A stretch of 36,835 bases of DNA from an uncultured Verrucomicrobiota bacterium. Lineage in GTDB: Bacteria; Verrucomicrobiota; Kiritimatiellia; CAIKKV01; CAITUY01. This document shows positions 10,439 to 19,793 of this stretch, piece after piece; the first letter of the stretch is position 1; each line of letters starts with the position of its first letter. The stretch spans positions 10,318 through 47,152 of the forward strand of contig CAYOQM010000002.1 of the NCBI GenBank assembly GCA_964406065.1, read 5' to 3'. The translations under genes and the position numbers were made by a program. The notes below the pieces were generated by a model. The model did not search any database, was not told where the DNA came from, and worked only from the letters and a program-made list of their open reading frames with translations.

Positions 10439-11539
10439 CTATACATTGAACAGAAACTCAATCACATCGCCGTCTTGAACCTCGTATTCTTTGCCTTCAA
10501 GCTTCAGCAATCCTTTGGCCTTGCAGGCGGGTTCACCGCCGTGCTCCACATAATCCGTGTACGAGATCACCTGGGCGCGAATGAATCCGCGCTCGAAATC
10601 GGTGTGAATTACCCCGGCGGCCTGGGGCGCTTTCCATCCGCGACGAATGGTCCAGGCTCTGACTTCCTTTGGTCCGGCGGTAAGGTAACTGATGAGGCCC
10701 AGAGTGTGGTAGCCTGTCCGCACAATCTGATCAAGGCCGCTTTCGGCGACCTTGTATTCCGTGAGGAAATCCCTACGTTCCATTTCCGACATCCCGTTCA
10801 GGTCCTCTTCCATCTTCGCGCAGATCTTAACGGTGTCGCACTCCCGCTTGTCAGCATGGGCACGGACGGTTTTGACATGATCGTTATCTTCCTGCAGCCC
10901 TGATTCATCCACATTGCAACAGTAGATCATTTTTTTGTCCGTAAGCAACGGACACTCTTTAAACATCTGTATCGCGGCGTCCGAGGCATGATCCTCGAAC
11001 TCAACGGCCATACGCCCCCCGCCAAGGTGTGCAAGCAGGGCTTGCGCGATATCGAGGGAAGGCTGGATCCCCTTGTCGCCCCGTGACTGTTTGCTGAGCC
11101 TCAAGACGCGCATCTCGACGGCCTGGTAGTCAGCCAGGATCAGCTCCGTCTCGATTACCCCGATGTCGCGAACGGAGTCAATCGTGCCGTCGACATGTAC
11201 GATGTTCTCGTCATGAAAACACCTCACGACATGAAGCAGTGCATCGGCTTCACGGATATTGGCGAGAAATTTATTGCCTAACCCCTCGCCCTGACTGGCT
11301 CCTTTGACCAGGCCGGCTATATCTACAAAATCCACGGTGGCATGGATTACTTTCTGAGGGTTAGCGATCTCGGCCAGTATATCAAGTCTTGAATCCGGTA
11401 CAGGAACCACGGCCTTGTTGGGCTCGATGGTGCAAAAGGGATAATTCGCGCTTTCAGCGTTCTGAGCGCGTGTCAGTGCGTTAAAAATCGTCGACTTTCC
11501 GACATTCGGAAGTCCCACAATACCAATGCTCAAGCCCAT
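10439..11539 (-). CDS. ychF: redox-regulated ribosome-binding ATPase YchF
   Basis: 366 aa. GIVGLPNVGKSTIFNALT P-loop and a C-terminal TGS-like region AWTIRRGWKAPQAAGVIHTDFERGFIRAQV. Confidence 0.95.
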   Translation of the reverse strand: MGLSIGIVGLPNVGKSTIFNALTRAQNAESANYPFCTIEPNKAVVPVPDSRLDILAEIANPQKVIHATVDFVDIAGLVKGASQGEGLGNKFLANIREADALLHVVRCFHDENIVHVDGTIDSVRDIGVIETELILADYQAVEMRVLRLSKQSRGDKGIQPSLDIAQALLAHLGGGRMAVEFEDHASDAAIQMFKECPLLTDKKMIYCCNVDESGLQEDNDHVKTVRAHADKRECDTVKICAKMEEDLNGMSEMERRDFLTEYKVAESGLDQIVRTGYHTLGLISYLTAGPKEVRAWTIRRGWKAPQAAGVIHTDFERGFIRAQVISYTDYVEHGGEPACKAKGLLKLEGKEYEVQDGDVIEFLFNV

Positions 11540-11587
11540 TTATTTTCTCCCAAAGCCTGAAGCCTAACAGATTTCGTTAGATTTCCC

Positions 11588-11621
11588 ACATGAAACCGCA
11601 ACATGAAACCAACATGAAACC
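11588..11621. repeat. three direct copies of ACATGAAACC in the ychF/nusA divergent intergenic region
   Basis: Copies at 11588-11597, 11601-11610 and 11612-11621 (offsets 13 and 11 nt). They lie immediately upstream of the predicted nusA -35 box and 49-82 nt upstream of the ychF start. Confidence 0.6.
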
Positions 11622-11623
11622 GC

Positions 11624-11652
11624 TTGACTTTGATATTCCTCATTACTATAGT
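11624..11652 (+). promoter_or_regulatory. candidate sigma70-type promoter of the nusA operon
   Basis: TTGACT (11624-11629), a 17-nt spacer, then TATAGT (11647-11652). Near-consensus boxes about 100 nt upstream of the nusA ATG. Confidence 0.5.
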
Positions 11653-11681
11653 CGTAAGCCTTGTAGTAATGGGGTGTTGTG

Positions 11682-11708
11682 AAAAGAGTGGGCTAGTCCC
11701 ACTCTTTT
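11682..11708 (+). promoter_or_regulatory. leader hairpin (terminator/attenuator-like) upstream of nusA
   Basis: Perfect 11-bp stem AAAAGAGTGGG / CCCACTCTTTT with loop CTAGT. The 3' arm ends in T4. It lies 41 nt before the nusA ATG and downstream of the predicted promoter. Confidence 0.5.
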
Positions 11709-11749
11709 CAGTATAGGCGAAGCCTTGTAGGCAGGGCCCGAGGTGTACT

Positions 11750-13024
11750 ATGAATGGCGAATTAGCAGCAATATTAAGTTTTCTCGAAAAAGAGCGCGGA
11801 ATCGACAGGGAAACCCTTTTCCAGACGGTAGAGCAAGCCTTATTGACTGCCTCTCGCAAGAGCGTTGGCCCTGCCAAGAGCGTCCGCATCCATATGGATC
11901 GCAAAACTTGTGATATCAAGGCATTTGCGACTGTCTCGGTGGTTGAAAAAACACTTAATCCCCATGATGAGATCAGCTTGTCTGAAGCCCGCAGAGTTAA
12001 ACCCGGCGCCATTGTGGGTGATTCAATTGAAATTGAGGTTACCCCGCAGAATTTTGGACGTATTGCGGCCCAGACGGCAAAACAAGCTATTCTGCAGAAG
12101 ATCCGGCAGGCCGAACGCAATATCGTCTATGAGGAATACCGTGACCGGGTCAACGATATTATCAGTGGCACGATCCGGCGTTTTGAACGAAGTGATATCA
12201 TTGTTGATCTCGGTCGCGCGGAAGCCGTCCTGGGCGCAAAAGAACGCATTTCGACGGAAATTTACCAAATTGGAGACCAGATCCGAGCACTTGTGCTTTC
12301 TGTTCAGGACAATCCTTCCGGACCGAGTATTCAGCTTTCACGCAGCCATCCGGATTTTGTTCGGCGTCTTTTCCAGCTTGAAGTGGCCGAAATCGGTGAC
12401 AACACCGTGGAGATCAAAGGCATCGCCCGCGAAGCCGGATTCCGCTCGAAAATTGCAGTCTTGTCGAAGGACTCGAAAGTGGATCCGGTTGGGGCCTGCG
12501 TTGGCATGAGAGGGGTGCGTGTAAAGAACATCGTACGGGAACTTTCAGGGGAAAAAATTGATATTGTCCGCTGGAGTGACGATATCAAAACCTATGTCAC
12601 GAATGCGCTTTCCCCTGCCAAACTGGCCAAAGTCGAAATTGATCCGGATAAATCAAAAGTGGTTCATGTCACAACCGAGGCCGATCAACTTTCTCTGGCG
12701 ATCGGCAAGCGAGGCCAAAATGTCAGGCTGAGCTCCAAACTCGTCGGCTGGAAAATCGACGTCCAGAAGGATGAAGGAAACGTAACGTTTGAAGAGAAAG
12801 TGACCAAAGCCGTTAATAACCTTGCTGCCATTCCCGGTATTGGTCTTAAAAATGCCGAAAAACTGGTTCAAGCCGGGTTTTTGAACATTGAAGGCATTCT
12901 GGCCGCCGAAATCACTGATCTCGAGGCCACTGGCGAATTTGATAGCGCCACATCGAAAGCGATCTATGAGGCGGCAGCGGCGGCACAACCGTGCGTACAG
13001 GAGAATACTGAAACAATCTCATGA
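11750..13024 (+). CDS. nusA: transcription termination/antitermination factor NusA
   Basis: 424 aa. N-terminus NGELAAILSFLEKERGIDRETLFQTVEQAL, an S1 domain, two KH domains (GACVGMRGVRVKNIVREL, GKRGQNVRLSSKLVGWKIDV) and a C-terminal HhH. GAGGTG lies upstream of the ATG. Confidence 0.95.
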   Translation: MNGELAAILSFLEKERGIDRETLFQTVEQALLTASRKSVGPAKSVRIHMDRKTCDIKAFATVSVVEKTLNPHDEISLSEARRVKPGAIVGDSIEIEVTPQNFGRIAAQTAKQAILQKIRQAERNIVYEEYRDRVNDIISGTIRRFERSDIIVDLGRAEAVLGAKERISTEIYQIGDQIRALVLSVQDNPSGPSIQLSRSHPDFVRRLFQLEVAEIGDNTVEIKGIAREAGFRSKIAVLSKDSKVDPVGACVGMRGVRVKNIVRELSGEKIDIVRWSDDIKTYVTNALSPAKLAKVEIDPDKSKVVHVTTEADQLSLAIGKRGQNVRLSSKLVGWKIDVQKDEGNVTFEEKVTKAVNNLAAIPGIGLKNAEKLVQAGFLNIEGILAAEITDLEATGEFDSATSKAIYEAAAAAQPCVQENTETIS

Positions 13025-15075
13025 GAGTTCACGAATTAGCAAAAGAGTTGGGGTTCCACGGCAGTAAGAACCTGTTGGACCAGTTGACAGCTATGGGAAT
13101 CCAGGTCAAAAACCATATGGCGACCCTGGATGCCGCTGTCGTTGAAACGGTACGGGCTGCCTCCAAGAAGACAGATCTTGTCGCGCCCCCCCCGGCCTCA
13201 CCTGCTCCGCAAACGCCAATAGCTGCGCCCGTGGTGTCCGAAAAAGTTCATCCCATCTCCGCTCCTTCCGAATCTGCCGCGACACCGCCGGCCGAGGCGA
13301 GCAAGGTTATCCACCTGAAAGGCCCCATCGGCGTCCGCGAACTTGCCGTCATTCTAGGCATAAGACCCAACCAGTTGATTGCGGAGCTTATGCGCCTGAA
13401 TGTTCTTGTTTCGATAGGCGAAGTAGTCGAAATCAAGGATGCGGCACGAATTGCCGAGCGGCATGGTTTCACCATCGAGCGTGAGAAGACGAAACCGCCG
13501 CCCCCTCCTCCGAAACAACCAAAACCCGTAACGGAGAAGGAAACGATTGATCGTAATAAGACGGTTATTCGTCCCCCAGTCGTTACCGTTCTCGGGCATG
13601 TTGACCACGGCAAGACCTCGCTTCTTGACCGAATCCGGAACACTTCCGTAGCCAAGGGTGAAGCGGGGGGCATTACCCAGCACATCGGGGCCTCGACGGT
13701 AATATCTGGGGGAAAAAGCATAACATTCCTAGACACGCCCGGACATGCGGCGTTCACCGCGATGCGCGCTCGCGGAGCCAACATGACGGACATTGCCATC
13801 ATCGTTGTTGATGCCCAGGACGGCCTCATGCCGCAGACGCAGGAGGCCATCAAACACGCACAGGCCGCCAATGTGCCGATCATCGTGGCAATCAACAAGA
13901 TGGACCTTCCCACGGCCAATCCGGACAAGGCGAAGAAACAGTTGCAGGCCATAGGAATGACGCCCGAAGATTGGGGCGGCCAGACTATTGTATGTCCGGT
14001 AAGTGCCCTAACCGGGGCAGGTGTTCCCGAACTCCTGCAAATGATTCTGCTCCAGGCTGAAGTTATGGAGTTGGCTGTCATGCCCAATCAGCTGGCTAAG
14101 GGCTTTGTCATCGAGGCCCAATTGGAGTCTGGCATGGGCCCAACAGCCAATTTGCTGGTAACCAATGGAACCCTGAATCTGGGGGATGTCATTCTGTGCG
14201 GTCCCCATTGGGGGAAAGTCCGCGCACTGATCAATGATCATGGCGAGAAAGTCAAATCTGCGACCCCTTCAACGCCGGTAAAGTGCCTAGGCTTGTCGGG
14301 CGTGCCAGAGGCCGGCGCCAAGTTTGAGATTGTTCAAAATGAACGAGCGGCTCGGGCTGAGGCCGAGTCGCGTCAAGCGGCCAACAAACTCTCCCAACTT
14401 ACTGCCCCCAAACGCGCTTCACTTGCCAATCTTTTCGAGAAGATGAAGGAAAACGCCGAGAGGGTCGAATTAAAGCTGATGATCAAGGCAGATGTTCAAG
14501 GCTCCTTGGAAGCCATCGACCACGCGCTCAAGCAAATTAACAGTGACAAAGTCTCGCTGAACATCCTGATGAGTGCCGTAGGCAACGTGACGGCGAACGA
14601 CATCCTGCTCGCCAGCGCTTCTGATACTGTCATCCTCGGGTTTCATGTCGCGGTTGAAGAAAGCGCCAGCAAGCTGGCTAAACAGGAAGGCATTGAAATC
14701 CGCCTCCACAGTATTATCTACGAGATGATTGACCAGGTGCGCGAAGCAATGGCAGGGCTCCTGCCTGCCATCCTGCGAGAAAAAATCGCCGGACATGCGG
14801 AAGTCAAACAGGTCTTCACCATTTCCAAGAGCGGTGTTATCGCCGGATGCATGTGCACTGATGGACGAATCAGCTCGCGACTTAAAGCCCGCGTAAAGCG
14901 CCAGGGTAACGTCCTTTACGAAGGCAAAATCGAATCGTTGCGAAGGTTCCAGAATGATGTCAGTGAAGTCCGCGAAAGTCAGGAATGCGGAATTTGGCTG
15001 GACAATTTTTCGGCCTATGCCGTAGGTGATATCCTGGAATTTTACGACGTGGAACGGATCACGCAGACACTGTAG
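13021..15075 (+). CDS. infB: translation initiation factor IF-2
   Basis: 684 aa. Its ATG overlaps the nusA TGA (ATGA). GTPase motifs [17 protein letters not shown] and NKMD. Confidence 0.95.
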   Translation: MRVHELAKELGFHGSKNLLDQLTAMGIQVKNHMATLDAAVVETVRAASKKTDLVAPPPASPAPQTPIAAPVVSEKVHPISAPSESAATPPAEASKVIHLKGPIGVRELAVILGIRPNQLIAELMRLNVLVSIGEVVEIKDAARIAERHGFTIEREKTKPPPPPPKQPKPVTEKETIDRNKTVIRPPVVTVLGHVDHGKTSLLDRIRNTSVAKGEAGGITQHIGASTVISGGKSITFLDTPGHAAFTAMRARGANMTDIAIIVVDAQDGLMPQTQEAIKHAQAANVPIIVAINKMDLPTANPDKAKKQLQAIGMTPEDWGGQTIVCPVSALTGAGVPELLQMILLQAEVMELAVMPNQLAKGFVIEAQLESGMGPTANLLVTNGTLNLGDVILCGPHWGKVRALINDHGEKVKSATPSTPVKCLGLSGVPEAGAKFEIVQNERAARAEAESRQAANKLSQLTAPKRASLANLFEKMKENAERVELKLMIKADVQGSLEAIDHALKQINSDKVSLNILMSAVGNVTANDILLASASDTVILGFHVAVEESASKLAKQEGIEIRLHSIIYEMIDQVREAMAGLLPAILREKIAGHAEVKQVFTISKSGVIAGCMCTDGRISSRLKARVKRQGNVLYEGKIESLRRFQNDVSEVRESQECGIWLDNFSAYAVGDILEFYDVERITQTL

Positions 15076-15093
15076 TGCGGGTTTTGGGGAGAC

Positions 15094-15492
15094 ATGAAAA
15101 CTGACCGCCTGACCCGAGTGAATGAACTCCTTCGACGTGAAATCAGCATTATTCTCTATCGCCTGATTGACCGGTCGCAATTTGATCTTGCAGCCTTGAC
15201 GGTGACTCATGTCATGACGAGCAGTGACCTGCGAAGCGCCAGGGTTCTGGTTTCCATCCGTGGGCATGAGCATGAGCGGCGGGCCATGCTGGCCAGAATC
15301 CAACACCTCCACGGCGAAATCCAGCAGGAAATCGCCAAGGTTGTGGTTCTGAAATACACGCCGAAATTGTTTTTCGCGCTGGACACATCCATTGAGGTAG
15401 GGGATCGTGTTTTAGGTATCCTTTCCAAGCTTCCATCGCCTGCCGACTCGCCAGACGAGCCAAGTGCAGGGAATATGGCGGAAACGACATGA
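15094..15492 (+). CDS. rbfA: ribosome-binding factor A
   Basis: 132 aa. RVNELLRREISIIL start and VLKYTPKLFFALD motif. Conserved position after infB. Confidence 0.9.
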   Translation: MKTDRLTRVNELLRREISIILYRLIDRSQFDLAALTVTHVMTSSDLRSARVLVSIRGHEHERRAMLARIQHLHGEIQQEIAKVVVLKYTPKLFFALDTSIEVGDRVLGILSKLPSPADSPDEPSAGNMAETT

Positions 15493-16226
15493 ACCGCACC
15501 GATCCTTTTGACGGGATTTTGCTTGTGGACAAGCCCTCTGACTACACTTCCCATGATGTGGTGGCTCGCATCCGGGGACGATTTAAACTTAAGAAAGTGG
15601 GACATGGAGGCACGCTTGACCCCTCTGCTACTGGACTATTGGTCATACTCTTGGGCCGTGGCACCAGTGTTTCAAACCGGTTCATGTCTTCCGACAAGAC
15701 ATATGAGGGCGCGATTCGCCTGGGGATCGCAACCGACTCCCAAGACGCGGAAGGGAAAGTTATCAAGATATGCGATCCCTCCGGAATTTCTCGGGAGCAA
15801 GTTGAGGTGGCAATGGCATCATTTAAAGGGGATAGGTTCCAGATGCCGCCCATGGTTTCCGCCATCAAGGTGGCAGGAGTGCCCCTGTATAAAATGGCAA
15901 GGAAGGGCCTGGAGATAGAACGGAAACCACGACTCATTCACATTTACAACATCCATTTGCTGGAATTCTCTCCACCCGTCGGAACATTTGTGCTTCGTTG
16001 CAGCAAGGGGACCTACGTGCGAACTATTTGTCACGACATCGGGGAAACCCTGGGTGTGGGAGCCCATCTGCAGAGCCTACGTCGGACCGAAACTGCCGGC
16101 TATAAGATACAACAAGCCATTCCCCTCGACATCTTGATGAACATGAGCCAGATGGAATTGCTCAATGTTGTCGTGCCACTGCACAGCTTAACCCTTCAGA
16201 ATGCGGTGTCAGATAACAATAGCTGA
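15489..16226 (+). CDS. truB: tRNA pseudouridine(55) synthase (short form, apparently without a PUA domain)
   Basis: 245 aa. GILLVDKPSDYTSHDVV and KKVGHGGTLDPSATGLLVILLG (catalytic Asp motif). ATGA overlap with rbfA. Confidence 0.9.
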   Translation: MNRTDPFDGILLVDKPSDYTSHDVVARIRGRFKLKKVGHGGTLDPSATGLLVILLGRGTSVSNRFMSSDKTYEGAIRLGIATDSQDAEGKVIKICDPSGISREQVEVAMASFKGDRFQMPPMVSAIKVAGVPLYKMARKGLEIERKPRLIHIYNIHLLEFSPPVGTFVLRCSKGTYVRTICHDIGETLGVGAHLQSLRRTETAGYKIQQAIPLDILMNMSQMELLNVVVPLHSLTLQNAVSDNNS

Positions 16227-16227
16227 C

Positions 16228-17256
16228 GTGAAAATTGTTCATCACATCAACGATTTATGCCGTCTGAAACGCTCGGTCTTCCTGGCCACTGGTTTTTTTG
16301 ACGGCGTTCATCTTGGACATCAGCAAGTCTTGCGACGAGCGGTTGCCGCCGCGCGCGCGAACGGTGGTGAGGCCTGGGCCATGACGTTTGACCCCCACCC
16401 CTTAAAAATTCTGACACCCGATTCCGCTCCACTTCTGCTTACCGATACTGCACACAAGTTGCAATTGCTCCTCCAATCCGGCATCGACGGCTGTCTTTTG
16501 ATCCCTTTCAGCCGTCGTTTTGCCACGACCACGGCAGCCGGATTTCTGAAAGAACTCGAATTCGGGATTCCCACCCTCGCATCAATTTTTATGGGAGATG
16601 ACTGGCGTTTTGGACGACAGGGACAGGGCGATATCGTGCTTCTTAAGACATGGGCAACACCGCGGAATATCACCGTGCAGCGTGTTTCTTCTATTAAACG
16701 AGGAGGGCGGCCGATCTCAAGCACACGGATCCGGCATGCGGTTAACACGGGAAAATTGAATGAAGCAACCGCGTTACTGGGACGCCCGTTCAGTATTTTG
16801 GGCACTGTGGTTCCCGGCATGCGCATTGGCCGGAAACTTGGATTTCCAACAGCCAATCTCAAGGCGCATAACGAGACCTATCCGCCCCTCGGGATCTATG
16901 CGGTGCAAGCTATAGTAAATGGCCACACATACCCCGGTGTCGTTAGTTTTGGACACCACCCAACCCTAAAGCGGGTCACGAATCCCCTGCTGGAGTTACA
17001 CCTGCTCGACACCCGAATGAACCTGTATCGCCGGAATATTGAGGTCTATTTCCTCTGCCGGCTTCGTTCTGAAATGAAATTCTCAAAGCTGGCTGACTTG
17101 ATCCGGCAGATCGAGAAAGACATTCAAAAGACTCGAAAGGTGCTTGCCCGCCAGGCAATGAAGAAATTATGGATCAGGACTTTACAAAGATGGCACCCCG
17201 ATATTATAGTAAGTCAACAAATTATAAGAAAACGAAGAGACAAAGAAAGGGAATAG
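16228..17256 (+). CDS. ribF: bifunctional riboflavin kinase / FMN adenylyltransferase
   Basis: [13 protein letters not shown] nucleotidyltransferase motif and a [11 protein letters not shown] riboflavin kinase motif. The track ORF begins at 16201 inside truB. GTG 16228, 1 nt after the truB stop, gives the usual spacing of about 20 aa before GxFDGVHxGH. Confidence 0.88.
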   Translation: MKIVHHINDLCRLKRSVFLATGFFDGVHLGHQQVLRRAVAAARANGGEAWAMTFDPHPLKILTPDSAPLLLTDTAHKLQLLLQSGIDGCLLIPFSRRFATTTAAGFLKELEFGIPTLASIFMGDDWRFGRQGQGDIVLLKTWATPRNITVQRVSSIKRGGRPISSTRIRHAVNTGKLNEATALLGRPFSILGTVVPGMRIGRKLGFPTANLKAHNETYPPLGIYAVQAIVNGHTYPGVVSFGHHPTLKRVTNPLLELHLLDTRMNLYRRNIEVYFLCRLRSEMKFSKLADLIRQIEKDIQKTRKVLARQAMKKLWIRTLQRWHPDIIVSQQIIRKRRDKERE

Positions 17257-17270
17257 GGCTCAAATACAGT

Positions 17271-17534
17271 ATGGATCCTCAAGTAAAGAGCACAGTTCAG
17301 AAAGAATTCCGGAGACATGCCACGGACACTGGTTCGTCCGAGGTGCAGGTAGCGGTGTTGACGCGTCGAATCGAAGAACTCACCGAACACCTGAAACTCC
17401 ACAAGAAGGATCACAGCTCCCGCTATGGGTTGCTGAAGATGGTAAGTTCGCGTCGTCGCTTGCTCAACTATATGAAGACCAAGGACGAGTCCGGCTACCA
17501 TGACGTTATCAAGCGTCTCAAACTCCGCCGCTAA
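17271..17534 (+). CDS. rpsO: 30S ribosomal protein S15
   Basis: The track ORF (17169-17534) is over-extended. From ATG 17271 the 87-aa product is [68 protein letters not shown]..., a full-length S15. Confidence 0.95.
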   Translation: MDPQVKSTVQKEFRRHATDTGSSEVQVAVLTRRIEELTEHLKLHKKDHSSRYGLLKMVSSRRRLLNYMKTKDESGYHDVIKRLKLRR

Positions 17535-17571
17535 AATCGGATGGAACTTGTCTGTGATGTTTCCTGCCCCA

Positions 17572-17601
17572 GGGTCACTATATTTGTGATCCGTTGTTTT
17601 T
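17572..17601 (+). terminator. weak hairpin plus T-tract between rpsO and pnp (possible partial terminator/processing site)
   Basis: Stem GGGTCAC (17572-17578) / GTGATCC (17586-17592) with one G-T wobble, loop TATATTT, followed by GTTGTTTTTG. Confidence 0.35.
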
Positions 17602-17626
17602 GCTTGCCCTTATTCAGAAAGAACAT

Positions 17627-19732
17627 ATGAAAGCACCCGTATCCGTTAGCGTCGCCCTTGGCGACAAAACCATCATTCTTGAAACTGGCTTGCTCGCGCA
17701 GCAAGCCAAAGGCGCCACTACGGTCAGGCTGGGCGACACCGTTGTCCTGATGACCGCCTGCGCCTCGGAATCGCCCCGTGAAGGCATTGACTATTTTCCA
17801 TTGCAAGTGGAATATCGGGAACGTTTTTGCGCAGCAGGAAAGTTCCCTGGAGGTTTTTTCAAACGCGAAAGCCGACCTTCCGAAAACGAAATCCTAGCGG
17901 CTCGCTTTACAGACCGTCCAATTCGCCCTCTCTTTTCCGAAAACTACCGAAATGATGTTCAGATTGTGGGAACATTGCTTTCAGCCGACGGAGAAAACGC
18001 CGCCGACATCCTGTCAATCTTGGGGGGCAGCACGGCATTGATGCTTTCAGACCTTCCGTTCCATGGACCGATCGCCGGGGTGCGCGTGGGTCGCGTCAAC
18101 GGCAAGTTCATCATCAACCCCACTGTGGTCGAGCGCGAGCAAAGCGATCTGGATTTGGTCTATGCAAGCAATCGCAATACACCGACCATGATCGAAGGCG
18201 ACGCCAAGGAAATCTCAGAGGCGGATCTTGTGGCCGCTATGCGATTCGCCCACGAAGCCTGCGTCAAACTGATTGACGCCCAGCTTGAATTACGCCGCTT
18301 GGCGGGTCTTGGCGAAAAGGTTGTTTCCGAGCCACCGACGGATCACAGCATGATGAATGCAGCCCGCTCGATCGCTGGCGCAGAACTTTCGGCCGCCTAT
18401 TTGATTGCGGGTAAGCAGGAACGCCGTAATGTCGTTTCGAAAATCCAGGAATCGCTCAAAGCGAAACTAACCGAACAGTTCCCGTCCATGACCAAAGAGC
18501 AGTTCCGTGCCACCTTTGACGAACTCGGCATCGAGGTGGTCCGCGTCAATGTGCTTGAACATGGCAAACGTATTGACGGTCGGGGCGCAGATGAGCTTCG
18601 TCCTCTTTACGCCAAAGTCGGATTACTGCCGCGTGTGCATGGATCTGCCTTTTTTGGACGTGGCGAAACACATGCACTCGGCACGGTTACACTAGGAACC
18701 AGCGGTGACGCACAAGATGTCGACGCCATCACCGGCGGCCCGACCTCAAAGCCCTTCATGCTGCACTACAACTTTCCTCCCTACAGTGTCGGAGAAACCG
18801 GCCGATTCGGGTCGCCGGGCCGCCGTGAAATCGGGCACGGCAACCTCGCTGAACGATCCTTGGCAGAAGTCGTTCCGAAGGATTACCCTTACACCATCCG
18901 TTTGGTGTCAGATATCATGGGCTCTAATGGATCGAGCTCGATGGCCAGCATCTGTGTTGGCACTTTGGCGATGATGGACGCTGGTATCCCGATCACCCGC
19001 CCAGTGGCCGGCATTTCCTGCGGACTTTTTACCGCCCCCGGGAAAGCCAAAATGGTCGTTGACATACTAGGAGATGAGGATCATTGCGGCGACATGGATT
19101 TCAAGGTTGGCGGCACTCGCCAAGGGATCACCGGTTTTCAACTGGACCTCAAAATCCGCGGGCTGGAATGGAACCTCGTCGAGGAAGCGTTCGCCAAATG
19201 CCGTGATGCGCGCATGAAGATTCTGGATTACATGGAATCCGTTATTGCAAAGCCTCGGGAAGAGTTATCCCCGTATGCTCCACGCATTACCCAAGTTTCC
19301 ATCCCCGTTGACAAGATCGGCGAATTGATCGGACCAGGGGGCAAGAACATTCGCCGCATCGTCGAACTCAGTGGCGCGCAAATCGACATTTCCGATGATG
19401 GAACAGTCAAGGTTTTCAGCGCCAAGGAAGAGGGAATGAAACTGGCACTGCAGGAGATCACCATGATCACGGCAGAGCCGGAAGAAGGCGCGATTTACGA
19501 CGGGATCGTCACGGGAATTACGAAATTCGGATGCTTCGTTGAAATCTTCCCTGGCCGCGACGGACTGGTTCACATTAGCGAATTGGCCGACTGCCACGTC
19601 AGGTCCGTTGAGGATGTGTGCAAGGTTGGCGACCAGATGTGGGTCAAGTGCATCGGAATCGATGAAAAAGGCCGCGTGAAACTGAGTCGACGTGCCGCTA
19701 TGGTCGAAAAAGACTCGTCAGAGGCAAAGTAA
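17627..19732 (+). CDS. pnp: polyribonucleotide nucleotidyltransferase (PNPase)
   Basis: Two RNase PH domains, a KH domain (GPGGKNIRRIVE) and an S1 domain (GIVTGITKFGCFVEIFPGRDGLVHISEL). The track ORF starts at TTG 17594 inside the upstream T-tract. ATG 17627 (MKAPVSVSVALGDKTIILETG) fits the canonical N-terminus. Confidence 0.95.
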   Translation: MKAPVSVSVALGDKTIILETGLLAQQAKGATTVRLGDTVVLMTACASESPREGIDYFPLQVEYRERFCAAGKFPGGFFKRESRPSENEILAARFTDRPIRPLFSENYRNDVQIVGTLLSADGENAADILSILGGSTALMLSDLPFHGPIAGVRVGRVNGKFIINPTVVEREQSDLDLVYASNRNTPTMIEGDAKEISEADLVAAMRFAHEACVKLIDAQLELRRLAGLGEKVVSEPPTDHSMMNAARSIAGAELSAAYLIAGKQERRNVVSKIQESLKAKLTEQFPSMTKEQFRATFDELGIEVVRVNVLEHGKRIDGRGADELRPLYAKVGLLPRVHGSAFFGRGETHALGTVTLGTSGDAQDVDAITGGPTSKPFMLHYNFPPYSVGETGRFGSPGRREIGHGNLAERSLAEVVPKDYPYTIRLVSDIMGSNGSSSMASICVGTLAMMDAGIPITRPVAGISCGLFTAPGKAKMVVDILGDEDHCGDMDFKVGGTRQGITGFQLDLKIRGLEWNLVEEAFAKCRDARMKILDYMESVIAKPREELSPYAPRITQVSIPVDKIGELIGPGGKNIRRIVELSGAQIDISDDGTVKVFSAKEEGMKLALQEITMITAEPEEGAIYDGIVTGITKFGCFVEIFPGRDGLVHISELADCHVRSVEDVCKVGDQMWVKCIGIDEKGRVKLSRRAAMVEKDSSEAK

Positions 19733-19742
19733 TAGACAGTTG

Positions 19743-19770
19743 AAGGAGAACCGGGATCCCGGTTCTCCTT
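19743..19770. terminator. perfect 28-nt palindrome between the convergent pnp and coiled-coil operons (bidirectional terminator candidate)
   Basis: AAGGAGAACCGGGA / TCCCGGTTCTCCTT (14+14 nt, exact). It lies 10 nt after the pnp stop and 23 nt from the stop of the convergent gene. The T-tract (TTCTCCTTCTCT) is weak. Confidence 0.6.
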
Positions 19771-19793
19771 CTCTGAATCAACCTTACCCCGAC

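Noticed and set aside
11588-11621. Short tandem repeats considered as a possible CRISPR or minisatellite.
   Set aside because: There are only three 10-nt copies with 1-3 nt spacers and no cas genes. The position next to a promoter fits a regulatory site better, so it is reported as such.
11530-12120. A 196-aa minus-strand ORF spanning the ychF-nusA intergenic region and the nusA 5' end.
   Set aside because: It overlaps the clear NusA N-terminus on the opposite strand, would run through the promoter and hairpin region, and has no recognisable motifs.
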